A stretch of DNA of 55,508 nucleotides, counting the filler, from Catajapyx aquilonaris (Eukaryota): assembly GCA_000934665.2 (NCBI GenBank). It is 2 parts of 2 records of this genome, joined end to end, with 100 filler letters (N's around TTAATTAATTAA, not from the genome) between each part and the next. Parts side by side here need not be neighbours in the genome. Positions count along the whole stretch, not along the records: positions 1 to 27,725 come from KZ539267.1; 1 more part is not named here. One strand, given 5' to 3'. The first letter of the stretch is position 1, and each line of letters begins with the position of its first letter. Below the pieces are notes generated by a model. It was not told the DNA's origin, searched no databases, and saw only the letters and a list, made by a program, of their open reading frames with translations. Both the position numbers and the translations under genes were made by a program. Shown here one piece after another: positions 1 to 11,092 of this stretch.

Positions 1-180
1 GCGCACTCACTCACTCGATTTGTAAACAGTGGCAACAATGGAAGCGCTCTCCATGTGCCGATGTTTGAATTGGCCCGCCGGACGGGGTTGCCAGGTAACG
101 GGCTAAACATAAGCAGCTTATGCCGAATTTGTCAATAACTAAAACGACAAAAAAGTTTGACCACCCTGTATAATATAATA

Positions 181-412
181 CCTAGAGGAGGTACTACCTA
201 TCCTTTTCCATTCGACAGGCTGAGGCAGCGGCCATCTTGTTGGAGGTCATATTGTTGTTCTAACAGTTGTCTAGCAACTGGGACAACAACCAATAATGAC
301 AACTGGGCGACAATTAGTTCAATAATGTCAGGCGTCCGCCATCTTGTTGGAGGTCATATTGTTGCCTGCATTGTTGCCTGCCTCACATTTCAGGCCGAGT
401 ACCTCCTCTTGG
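181..412. mobile_element. Small MITE with 15-bp TIRs in a TA-rich site
   Basis: CCTAGAGGAGGTACT (181-195) vs AGTACCTCCTCTTGG (398-412), 14/15 inverted match; internal direct repeat GCCATCTTGTTGGAGGTCATATTGTTG. Confidence 0.65.
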
Positions 413-439
413 TATATATATAATATAGCACAACTCTTT

Positions 440-612
440 GGCAAGGACACACGCGAATCAAAGATGGCGGACCCTATTTTTGCCTGTACCCTATTTATAC
501 CTCGTTGGCGTTGCCCCCACTTCAAAATGGCCGCCAGCCTTGGCAACACCCCAAACAGAGAGATGCGGAAATCGAATGTTAGCGCCTCTTATGTAGTATA
601 TATGCTCCCTAG
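440..612 (-). mobile_element. Solo arm of the 7506-7857 foldback MITE family
   Basis: ~170 bp closely matching the reverse complement of 7506-7675. Confidence 0.85.
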
Positions 613-1070
613 CTGTCACAGTGGACAATGCTCTTTGTTGAAATAAACATTGTCATTGATCGTAAATTGAGCTCCCTCGTCGGTAGGTGTTAAATACCTG
701 AGCGAGCCTGAGGCTAACCGGATGATTTACAATGAGTGGTTTATTGTTGCCTCGAGGCCCCCGTTTATTGTGTGTGGGACCTCCCGACGAGCTACAATAC
801 GGGGGCCACTGTTTGCGAAAAACACACACACAACAAAGACATTTATATGTTTATATCATCATCTTGGCAAAACAATTCACAATCGAATGTCTTCATTTTT
901 TCGCCTTCTGGACTTTTGCATTGTTGTGGGGGAGATGGCTACCATATCATGTCAACAGTGTATTGTCCAGCATTGTCCCCCAGAGGGGGGTCAATCAACC
1001 GGTGGCTAATTACATTCCAATTAATTAACCTGTACAGTACTGTACATTCCGCAATAGTTGGGTAGATGTT

Positions 1071-1195
1071 CACTAGATGGCAGCACCACCCGCACTGTAA
1101 CTTCTAGCGGCCATCTTCTGAACTAGAGGGACAACCAGTGCGCATGCGTCAGTTGGACACCGTGCACGTTCAAACTTGGGCTCAGAGCGCATGCG
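1071..1195 (+). promoter_or_regulatory. Putative housekeeping promoter of BSDC1: CTCF-like site (1071-1086), YY1/PHO-like GCCATCTT (1110-1117), two NRF1/ewg-like GCGCATGCG (1140-1148, 1187-1195)
   Basis: Motifs read directly, clustered 60-190 bp upstream of the ATG; function is inferred. Confidence 0.5.
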
Positions 1196-1256
1196 TATAC
1201 ACTAACTTGTAAGAAGCAGAAAGGAAGAGATCAGTGTCCGAAGAACAACAATCAAA

Positions 1257-3908
1257 ATGGCGGAGACGGACAATCCCTTGGACAATCCTCCACCTGGGAC
1301 ACCAACGAAGGGGTGAGTGGAACAGGGGCATTGTTGGGGTGGAACAATGGGCAGGTCAAAAGGTTGGGTCAGCAACAGGAAGTAGAGGTTAATGACATTT
1401 TGTTCCATTCAAAAGGGATGGACCAGAAGAAGAAGCAGGGGATGGAAACTGGATCGGGTCGTGGTTCAAAGCGGCCAAAGACAAGGTCAGGTTGATCCGC
1501 ACACTCTCAACAGCACAGGTTTTTATCCCAAGAAATATTGTCGCAGGAGAGCGTCGACTATGTCGGAATTATCCGGATCACCTTGTGCGGAACAAATAAC
1601 ATGGGTGTGGTCTTTTCAATTTTGTCCAAGGTCGAATATATCTACACATGTTCATTCCTCTGAATTTGAGAGGCATCGGTTGAGGCCAATAAATGTGAAG
1701 TAGCGGTAATTTACCAATCAGTCGGTCGAAGTTTAATTGCTTGGTGCTTTTTGTAGTCGACCGAGGTGCTGGGGTACATCAAGCAGGATGTTGGAGAGTT
1801 CAGCCGGACCGTGACGCAAGAAGCGTCGAGTGTCATGTCGTCAGCCACCACTGCCCTCAAGGATAAACTTACCGTGAGTCGGGGGCTTCGGAATTGTCAA
1901 ATGTTTTTAGATCAGTAATGAAAGCGTTGTTTTGACAGCTGGATGAACAGTCGGCATCTGCTGTCAAAAACGTGGCCAGCAGCATCTCCGGCAGTGTGTC
2001 CGGCAGCGTGTCCGGCTTCATAAGTCAAATGTCGTCTGTCTTCTACATTCCTCCGGATGATGAGGATGAGGAAGCCTATGTGATACAGGCCAAACCTGAC
2101 CAGCCCGAACAACCACCGCCAGACCCGCTCTCGGAGGACCGGGCTACATTTCTGGATGAGATTGACGACCCTCGCTATGAACAGTGGCTCCGGACGGTGG
2201 ACCTCGAGACCATCCAGGACCAGCTCTCGACCTTACTCGCAGCGGACGTTGCTCTGAGGCAAAACTACACTTCCCTAGTGCCAACCAGGGTGAGCCACAT
2301 GCTGTTTTGGCACAGGTACTTCTTCCGGCTTCACTTGCGAGAGGTTGAATCACCGGCGGAGGAAGAGGTCAAAGCGGAGGTCAAAGCAGAAGTCAAGACG
2401 AAGCCGGAAGAAAAAGCCGGTGATATCCACTGGGACGACGGTCAGTAGTGTCCACACGCCTTGGCCTGTAACTTGTCTCATTGTTATGAGACATGTGCAT
2501 CTTTTATGATAAATTTACTTAATTGCCTTCTAGTGGAAGTGATGCCGTATTTAAAATAATTACCTACATTATGTAGGCATTACAAATTCAGTTATATGAC
2601 AATTTACGGACACAACTTTACACTAATGATGCAGCGACACCATCAGTAATTTCAGTTCTATTTGCTGTACGATGCAGAAAAGGGATCGAAGTGCATAGGC
2701 TTACTCAGATGTGCTGCGTATATATTGCAACTCTAAAGTAAGAACACCTGTAACCTTGGCAGGGTATTGCAGGTGTAGCAGTTGCAAGTTGAGCACATCA
2801 TAACCGAGTTAAACAATGATTATGGTTGGTAATTAGGCGAAAGAGCAGAATTTATGCAAATTTTTTGCCCAATGAAATGACCGCAACTTGTCCCTGAATA
2901 TGCATCACATATGCTATGCTCACATCCTGTGCTATGCTTATCAGTAATTAATTACTTGCTTTCAAAGTGATTTGCAAAAAAAAATCATATACACTGTGAT
3001 AAAGATTCAATCGCATGCAATGATGAGGCAAACTTACGAAGTGAACCTAGATAACGTCGTGTATCTACAGTAATGATACCATATTGCCCCTGCAGGGTAC
3101 GTTTTAAAATGATCCAGTAAACGAGCAGCGGACTCCTGACCCTGGGAGATAATGGCGTAATGGTGATGTGCTTTTGTGAAATGCTGCAACTGCAGATATG
3201 ACATATCTCCTCGGAAAGTGAATGTTTTAGTAATGAGCGTTGTGATTACATGTATTAAAACAGGAAATTATCATGATCATACCTGCAATACCCGCGGAAA
3301 ATTGTGGTAATATTTTTGGTAAGGAATGCAACATCAGTTTGTGACTATTTGTGTGCTCTTAGTTGCATGCAAATTAGCACTGCCGTCATTTATTTCTGCA
3401 GAAAAGTTTGGAGGGAACTTGGACATACCGGAGGAGGAGCAGGCTCGCTTGCTAGCAGCTTACGAGAAGGAATGCGCTGAAAACGAATCCACTGCCAAGA
3501 AGGATGCCAGTTTGGAAGAAGAGCTCAGGGTTGCTGACGGAAAGAGAAGTGAACAGGGAAGCCAGAAATCCACTTCTTCCGGTGTAGGTAATGGCGTTAT
3601 ACGCTGACCCTTTTGTTCTCGCATCATTTTGGCTGTCTTTTTCTGTGCTTCTCTTTTTTTCTCTTGACCAAGATTGACATTTTTATGAGCCTATGTGTTT
3701 CAGGAAGCAATGATGATGAGTGGGTGAAAGAGTTTGAAGTCGACACGGAGAAGAGTAAAAGTGAGGTGAGTCACACTTGTCATGCGTTAAACTACTAATC
3801 CGAATGTATGATCTCATTTCAATAATTTACTGATGAATTCATCACTTTGTGCTTTAATTTGAGGTTCATTTTTAGGAGGACGACTGGGAAAAGTGTGGAG
3901 CAGAATAA
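1257..3908 (+). CDS. BSDC1: BSD domain-containing protein 1 ortholog; join(1257..1312,1416..1485,1757..1873,1939..2440,3402..3587,3704..3765,3876..3908), 1026 nt, ~341 aa
   Basis: All six introns are GT-AG with consistent phases (2,0,0,1,1,0). N-terminus GNWIGSWFKAAKDK/STEVLGYIKQDVGEFSRTV resembles BSDC1 WWRSW..AVKEKSSEALEFMKRDLTEF. The BSD domain LVPTRVSHMLFWHRYFFRLH is in exon 4. The acidic Trp-containing tail (DDEWVKEFEVD...EDDWEK) fits the family. Confidence 0.9.
1939..2440 (+). CDS. BSDC1: BSDC1 exon 4 encoding the BSD domain
   Basis: ORF 1972..2448; acceptor tttgacag|, donor |gtcagt; FWHRYF motif. Confidence 0.92.
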
Positions 3909-4607
3909 TCCCTGGAGTTTTGCATTTTTTGGGACTTGTTCATTGTAGATTGTGACAGGTCGAGTAGTTGTTGGTGATTTTTCTGGTGCAGACATCAAAT
4001 GGAACGGACCAAAAAAAAAACAAGTTTTTACCGCATCAACTAGACTGTTGATTGTACATATGGTGTAGTGTTTTCTGAACATATTATGCAGAATATTTTT
4101 CCCCAGATTCTATTTCATGTATAATGTATATGTAATTTCATATAACATGTCATAAGTTTTGGCAACAGACGAGAGAGGATTGGCATGCATCAGCTGCATA
4201 ATTTTTTTGGATTATTATCCGTAAGCTGCCAATGAGAACAAGAGGCTTGGTAAGGTAATACCGAGAAAGAATCATAGCAACAGAAGGTAGCAGAGGATCT
4301 GTATATTGTACATTATGAAATATATTGTTATTTCGCACCAGGAATGTTGCTAGTAATTGTGGTGGCTGAAGACATCTGTGCCAAAAAAAAAAAAAATGCT
4401 GTCTGATGTCCGGTGACACTTTTTAGTAATCACTGAAAGTCAGAATGTGCTACGATTGCAAGAGACGGAAGTAAATTTTCGTAAGGGAAGCTTGAAGATG
4501 TGAAATTTTGAGCCTGACATGTCGAGCGTTGCCACAACTTGGATTCACATTTTGACGGTTGTTACCATTACAAGATTACTTTTTTGTCACCAATGTATTT
4601 GCAAGTG

Positions 4608-4613
4608 AATAAA
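4608..4613 (+). terminator. Candidate polyadenylation signal (AATAAA) of BSDC1
   Basis: AATAAA ~700 bp after the stop, followed by GT-rich sequence (gtgttgtatt). Confidence 0.5.
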
Positions 4614-5110
4614 TATATGGAAGTGTTGTATTAAAAAAACTGGAACATGACCAGCTTTTTCACTTAAACATTTCAACACTCCTGACATTGAATGTGAAAT
4701 GCGGTTTACGTGAATTGTTGTTGTGGCATTGTATACAGTAATGTGAATATTTCGTAGATTTACTTGCCACTAGATGGAGCCGGCATTCCACTAGTGCGGT
4801 TGCGGCCTGACTATGCGTTCGATACGCGGACTATGCAATAATGTGTGTCTCTTTATAGGAAACAACCCACACTGCCTGCGGTTTTCCGACTAGTCATTCT
4901 CACCTCCTTTTCGCCTCTGATTTGCGCCGCACTCCATCCTCCTTAATTAGCTCCCATGGAGCCAACATGAGGCAACTTACCATCCAGTTTTTTTTTCTCT
5001 CTCCCCGGCCCCCCCTCTGGCTTGCACACCATTTTCATATATAAAAAAAAACTTGCACCATATTATTATCAGCTCAGAATTTAATTCATGCGCTCACCTT
5101 ATTCTCTTGA

Positions 5111-5135
5111 GTGTGTGTGTGTGTGTGTGTGTGTG
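5111..5135. repeat. (GT)n microsatellite
   Basis: About 12 GT units. Confidence 0.9.
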
Positions 5136-7337
5136 GTTCCTTGGGCATAAACAGGCCTTTTATTCCTTGTAATGAGGGTACCGGGAGTCTCCATTAGCAT
5201 TGATCTTCCTAGCGGGATACTAGATTCTGGGCAGGAATTATCGCCTCTTCGCCTTAGCTGACGATATTATTGGCAGCTGGTTTTTTTGCTTCATTCACTC
5301 AAGTGTTATTTTTTTGTGTGTGTGCATGAAACCCTCTGATTTTCTAAATTAGAGGCTTCGGATGTTATGGAGAGACAGGAGATGGTGGGGGAAGGCAAAA
5401 GTGATTAGGCGCGTGAGAATTGCCTTGTAGCCTGTGATTGGGATTGACAGCTGGGGGGAAGGATTCTAAATCAAAAACGGTTTCTATCTGATGACAATGT
5501 GAGTTACGAGGTAATTTAGAGAAGGGCCTAGAGAAAAAAAAGGGCTGCTGATGAGACTGGAATGCAATTTTTTATGTATACCGTACGTAACGTAGGCAGT
5601 AAAATGAGCAATAATTTTGCACACATCATAACACGTTAGTCGAAAAAGAGGATAACATCTTCACAAATTTTTTAACATTATTATTGGCGTCTGTGCCTGT
5701 TTGTCCGGGGTGAGTCATCTGTAGTACTGCTACTTCTCACACGATCCTAGTGGCAGCACTGTACAGAGAGGGCGGTTGCGCCATCTGTGTGACATATGGC
5801 GAACTACATTGACAGTTTTTTTAAAAAATTCTTCTCCTAAACTTATCCTTGGAAGTGTCAAATCTTTGTAGAGATGCCAAATATTTGGCAAACAAGCCAC
5901 TTACAAAGTTTACGCACGAACGATATGAATACGGCTGAAATGAAACCCGGTAATTTTCGAATGGGCGGAGAAAAAAAAAATATTGATAACCCCATGCAAA
6001 ATATCGGGGTCGAGCCATAACTCCAAGCATCATAAGTGATACATTATCGACCCAATCGATATTGGAAGAGTGATAAATATTCTGGGGAAGGTTGTATCTT
6101 GATTTTGAGGAAAACCAGTTGAGAGAGCCCGTAGAGAGGGGGGGGGGGGGGGGGAAANNNNNNNNNNNNNNNNNNNNNNNNNNNNNNNNNNNNNNNNNNN
6201 NNNNNNNNNNNNNNNNNNNNGAATCGATGACATATTCGATGGGGGAAAAAAATTATGATTTTTAAAAAAATGCTGTACAATAAGAGTGTGGCCGCCCGTT
6301 GAAAGAAAGTATAGTAATTTGTCCTTTCTAGAAACGAACGGTTAGTTGTCTGCGCTTATCAGAACTGGCGATTTATTTTGGACAACCTCCCCACTTTTTT
6401 TTTTTTTTTGTTTTTGTATGGTACCCTTTCACCCCCTACCACCCCCGTACATGATTTCAGCAATTAACCTGTCCAGTGCTCGCAATCACAATCCATCTGA
6501 AGGTAATTTATGAGCCCCCTTAGCGCTTTTCTCCTTCTTTTTTCTTTTTGTTATATTCTTCCCTCCGTCTTCTTTTTTTTCTTTTTTTTAAAAAGGGCTT
6601 CGAGAGGGTGATAACCGACTTTACCTTCTACTTACCCTTCGCCTTTCTTTCCTCCCCCCTTCTTCATTTTAAAAAGAAAACACAAAAAGGTTCTGGGAAG
6701 AAATGGGTGTTGCCGTTTGCTGAACCTTCCGGCTGTACAGGGTGTGCACACGAATTTCGTAGATATTCGTATAGATCACGTTTAGAGAAATTCGCAAACA
6801 AAATGATGGCCATCAGCAATTAGCGCTGATTATGAACGACCCTGTTGGAAAAATAATAATATTTTATTTTCATCATCAGACAGCCTGTGTCGGAACCTCG
6901 AGGGATGTTTATTAAAGAAAATGCGCACGAAAAATCATGCTTCTTCGATGTACAATATTTCAAACCTTCCCCCTGAAGGAACTCGCACACGCCATCAATC
7001 AAACAGCTCGTCAAGGATATATGGCCAGGTCGATCATGAACTTACAGGGTGGAATTTTCGTCCCACTGCTAGTTACTGCTACCTTAACATCCGTTATACT
7101 GCTAGTGACATTTTCCGAAGCGGCAGAAGTGCAAATAGAGCCGTGCGAATACGAAATGGTAGCCCTAGGGTGACGTCACTGGCTGGCGGGACAAGCCTTT
7201 TCTCCATTGCTCCCCCATCCGGTGACGTCAGTCAAGGCCTACCTCTTCTTACTCGCACTGCTCACACTTCGATTTGCACTTCTTCCGCATCAGAAAATGT
7301 CGCAAGCGGTATGACGCGATTAATGTCCAACACTGTA

Positions 7338-7499
7338 CAGTACTGGCCAATAATCGAGGTGACGACTAGCGACATTTTCCCGAAGCGGCAGAAGAAGGAA
7401 TCTTGCTCGCCCGGCTTGTAGCATGCCTATCTTCGATTCCTTCTTCTGCCGCTTCGGGAAAATGTCGCTAGTCGTTGCCTCGATTATTGGCCAGTACTG
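7338..7499. mobile_element. Tc1/mariner-type hairpin MITE with TA target duplication
   Basis: TA|CAGTACTGGCC...GGCCAGTACTG|TA; 68-nt arms including flanks (7335-7402, 7435-7502) with 2 mismatches and a 32-nt loop. Confidence 0.8.
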
Positions 7500-7505
7500 T
7501 ACTGC

Positions 7506-7857
7506 CAGGGAGCATATACTACATAAGAGGCGCAAACATTCGATTTCCGCTTCTCTCTGTTTGGGGCGTTGCCAAGGTTGGCGGCCATTTTGAAGTGTGG
7601 GCAACGCCAACGAGGTATAAATAGGGTACAGGCAAAAATAGGGTCCGCCATCTTTGATTCGCGCGTGTTCTTGCCGTGTAGTTGCCATGGCCGCCAAAAC
7701 CATCAAAGATGGCGTTGCCTGTACCCTATTTATACCTCGTTGGCGTTGCCCACACTTCAAAATGGCCGCCAGCCTTGGCAACGGCCCCAAACAGAGAGAC
7801 GCGGAAATCAATGGCGCTGACCGAAGTTTGCGCCTCTTATGTAGTACATGCTCCTTG
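7506..7857. mobile_element. Foldback MITE, P-element superfamily/Galileo-like, 7-bp TSD GTACTGC
   Basis: CA...TG termini, inverted arms of ~130-140 bp, identical GTACTGC at 7499-7505 and 7858-7864. Confidence 0.85.
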
Positions 7858-8613
7858 GTACTGCTAAGTTAGCAGTAACTAGCAGTGGGACGAAAAGTCT
7901 ATCCACAGTCACTAGACCTGAAAATAGCATCCAACAGAGGCTCTCTTGTCACGACTGAGTGCGCAGCTGCTGCGCGAATGTATGTGCGCACTTGTGAGTC
8001 AGGTACAGGTAGGAATGCCTCTCTTGGAGGCTCAGGTCTGCTACCTTACTCTTTTACGTGGCTGTATAGTGTACACAATTTGTAGGAGTGACTCATCCTA
8101 TGGAAACAGGTCATATCCTCGTACAATTCAGGCCGTAATGATCTTGCTCTCGGGGGCCATTAGCTCCGTTTATGATCACATGATTGCACCTTTGCGAAAT
8201 ATTTATTAGGGATGGAAAAACTGTGGGCAGTGTACCACCCTGTGGCAGAGAAAACCGGAATATATATTTTTTTCTATATACCACCAGCATATTGCTTGAC
8301 GTCGGATGTCATGTTTGTTGGCGGCCCTCGTCTGTTGGGTTGTCAACAAGTCATGGTGGTGAAGACAAGGCTTTTGGTCGATGAAGGCCCCCAATTTCTG
8401 GGGCGGATACATCTTCACTGACCTGGCCTTCCAATAACAGTTGGCGGATTTTGTGGTTGCCAGTCGAGTAATTTATGCGCATTTGGAGGTGAATAGAAGG
8501 CGCAAATGAACCTAATAGAATGCGTGAAACGTTTTACGACCCTGTGAAATTCCTACTCACTTTAAAACGACTATGCAAGAAGCACTACAACCATTTTTTT
8601 TTTTCAATATTTA

Positions 8614-9369
8614 CTATAGAAAAACCCTCGCTTCGCCCGTATTTTTCTATAGTGATGCGCATGCCTAGAAAGTCACTCGGTTTTTTTTTCTAGGCATGCG
8701 GCCTGCGATGGTGGACATATTGTCAATCATAATTGTCGTCCCAAAGGACACCATAGAATTCACTCTTCAAGTTTCAATGGAAATGATCTCAACAATATAT
8801 AAGTAAACAGCATGTCAACAAAAAAGACACTGTTCGCTCATATTGTTGTGTGAAAGGGGGGCCAATCGGAAGTGTCGCGGTAACAATATGCGGCGGACCA
8901 ATCAGAAGGCTTATACAAACAACGAAGGACTATAATATTATATAGACTAGAATCTAGAAAAACCCTAGCTTCGCTCGCATTTTTCTACTGAATGGATAGT
9001 TCCCCCTCCCAACTACCAGAGGCGCTGCCTCCACACCGTTGCGCAAGCGCAGAACTGGGCCAATAGGAAGCGTCGCGGTAACAATACGCGGCGGACCAAT
9101 CAGAAGTCTTATACAAACAACGAATAATTTTAATATTATAAAGGGGGTGGATTCATCAATTGTCGTAACTCAAATTTTCGTGGTAACGTACTAATTAATT
9201 AACCAACTATGGTTACGACCGGTTACGAAGAAAATTTGACTTACGACATTTTGTTGGATCTACCTCCTACAATATTAAAATTCTTCGCTGTTTGTGTAAG
9301 CCTTCTGATTGGTCCGCCGAATATTGTTACCGCGACACTTCCGATTGGCCCCCCCTTCACACAACAATT
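8614..9369. mobile_element. Cluster of Helentron/HINE-like fragments with ~95-bp foldback arms
   Basis: AACCCT(C/A)GCTTCGC terminal motifs at 8614 and 8954; inverted arms 8842-8938 / 9271-9369; ~9015-9106 is the reverse complement of the 96-bp unit at 24.2 kb. Confidence 0.65.
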
Positions 9370-9371
9370 TG

Positions 9372-9837
9372 GGGCCGAATTCAGAGAGGTTGCTTAACGT
9401 AAACGCGCCCGATTAAATCCTTTAGTCAGCCTCGATTAGCAAATTTAATTAACCTGCTAATACAAAGACGGCGATTAGCGCTAAATGCCCCCTAATCGCA
9501 CTTGCTAAAGGCCATTTCACAAAAAAATGTCGCGCGGCAAACGGCGCGACTTGCGGCAAATTTTTTATTTATATTTATTATTGGCAACAATTGGCAACAA
9601 TAAATATAAATAAAAAATTTGCCGCAAGTCGCGCCGTTTGCCGCGCGACATTTTTTTTGTGAAATGGCCTTAACACTTATAAATTTGCTAATCGAGGATG
9701 ACTAAAGGATTTAATCGGGCGCGTTTAAGTTAAGCAACCTCTCTGAATTCGGCCCTTAGAAATTTGCTAATCGAGGATGACTAAAGGATTTAATCGGGCG
9801 CGATTACGTTAAGCAACCTCTCTGAAATATTCGGCCC
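9372..9837. mobile_element. PIF/Harbinger-like MITE with 75-bp TIRs and a tandemly duplicated right arm
   Basis: GGGCCGAATTCAGAGAGG arm 9372-9446 inverted at 9681-9755; right arm repeated at 9760-9837. Confidence 0.8.
9509..9670. mobile_element. PIF/Harbinger-like palindromic MITE nested in the previous element, TAA TSD
   Basis: TAA|AGGCCATTTCAC...GTGAAATGGCCT|TAA; near-perfect ~70-bp arms. Confidence 0.85.
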
Positions 9838-10974
9838 ATGAGTTGTTGGATGCAATGCTGTGTACTTTATCGATACTTTGAATTATTATTATTTAATTTA
9901 AAAAAAAAATCACGACTCTTTTCTCACACAACTATCCACCTGAAACACACAAAAGAAAAATAACATCCACTTTGATTAATTACACCACTTTTATAGCCCT
10001 GTAAGTTCGTAAAAAGGTGCCCGTAAAAATCATCCTCGTCTGAGTCCAAATTGGGAAGCGAAGAGTACCGTATAGTCAAACGGGTTACTTTGTTCGAGAG
10101 AGAGAAAGGAAAAAAAAAAACATGCGTTACAAAAAGCCGCCATTATTCGCTTCAAATTACAAGACCTGCAGTGCAATATACCTCCCCCGCAATTATTATA
10201 CCAAAAAAAAAAAATCGAGGTGCATTTTTGTATGGAGTTTTTACATGAGTACGTGATGTTGGAAAGGTTTTTTTTTTCNNNNNNGAGGGGGGGTGTTTGA
10301 AGTAGAAGGGGGGGGGGGGGTTGTACCTTGGGCAGGTGGGAGAGTCGAAAAGAGTCAGTCAGTGGGCGCACGCACATCGGTGGAAGCGGTCGAATCTTGA
10401 ACAGTGCATCGGATTTTATATTTTCGCACACACACCTTGTACTGTGTGCATCGACAGTCCTTTAAAAAAGGCAGGTTCACACTACAGTCGTTTGGTCGTT
10501 GTGGTTCAACCAATAGGGGGCAGCTAAATGACGCGGAAAATTTATTAGGCACGAATGTATGAACCAAAAATTTGCTTAAAAAATTCGCCAATCAGTGTGT
10601 CGCAGTGTTCGTTTCTTTTGCGAATTTTGAAATTTTGCAAGCCCTTGCACGAATCCAACAGTGCTGGTGTCGTACTGGTGAAGGTTCGATTCGCCATTTA
10701 GCCGCCAGCTGCACAAGTACGACACCATTTTGCTCGTATAGGTGTCGGGTTTATTAGCGGATTGGTCCAATTGTTTTTGGGGGATTCTCCAGGAGGCGTC
10801 GAGGAGGCGTGGCGACGCCTGCGGTCGCCCCCAGCAAACCAGGGGATGGGGTTGGTGGAGGCGACAACCAAGATCAGCAGCATCCGGAGTGGACCATCAG
10901 TGGCCAAGGATGCACTGGAGGTCGTGGCTGCTCGTCGGTGTCGTTGGTGGGCTGCCCCAGAGTAGTGTGTCCAT

Positions 10975-11092
10975 ATGCTGGTCTTCGGCCCCTCGCCGAC
11001 CGCCAGCCTCGGGGCCGCCCTCGTGTCCTTCCTGGCCGTCGCTCTGGCCCTCACACCCACAGGACCTGCAGCCCATCTCCGGACCAGAAGAA
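10975..11092 (+). CDS. RSPO: R-spondin exon 1: signal peptide plus RTRR proprotein-convertase site
   Basis: MLVFGPSPTASLGAALVSFLAVALALTPTGPAAHLRTRR has a hydrophobic core then R-x-R-R. It ends at a phase-1 donor (A|gtgagt) matching the phase-1 acceptor at 27057. Too short for the ORF track; the link across 16 kb is inferred. Confidence 0.75.

Larger units (their letters stand above)
7055..7896. mobile_element. Outer inverted-repeat element enclosing nested MITEs
   Basis: Perfect 26-bp inverted repeat TTTTCGTCCCACTGCTAGTTACTGCT at 7055-7080 and 7871-7896; degenerate hairpin at ~7105-7305 related to the 7338 element. Confidence 0.65.

Noticed and set aside
6138..6220. Long G runs next to N gaps (also ~10.3, 16.6 and 54.4 kb) as G-quadruplex elements
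   Set aside because: Homopolymers coincide with assembly breaks, so their length and sequence are unreliable.
7320..7872. Several overlapping ORFs similar to ORFs at 328-646
   Set aside because: The similarity comes from a shared non-coding MITE arm.
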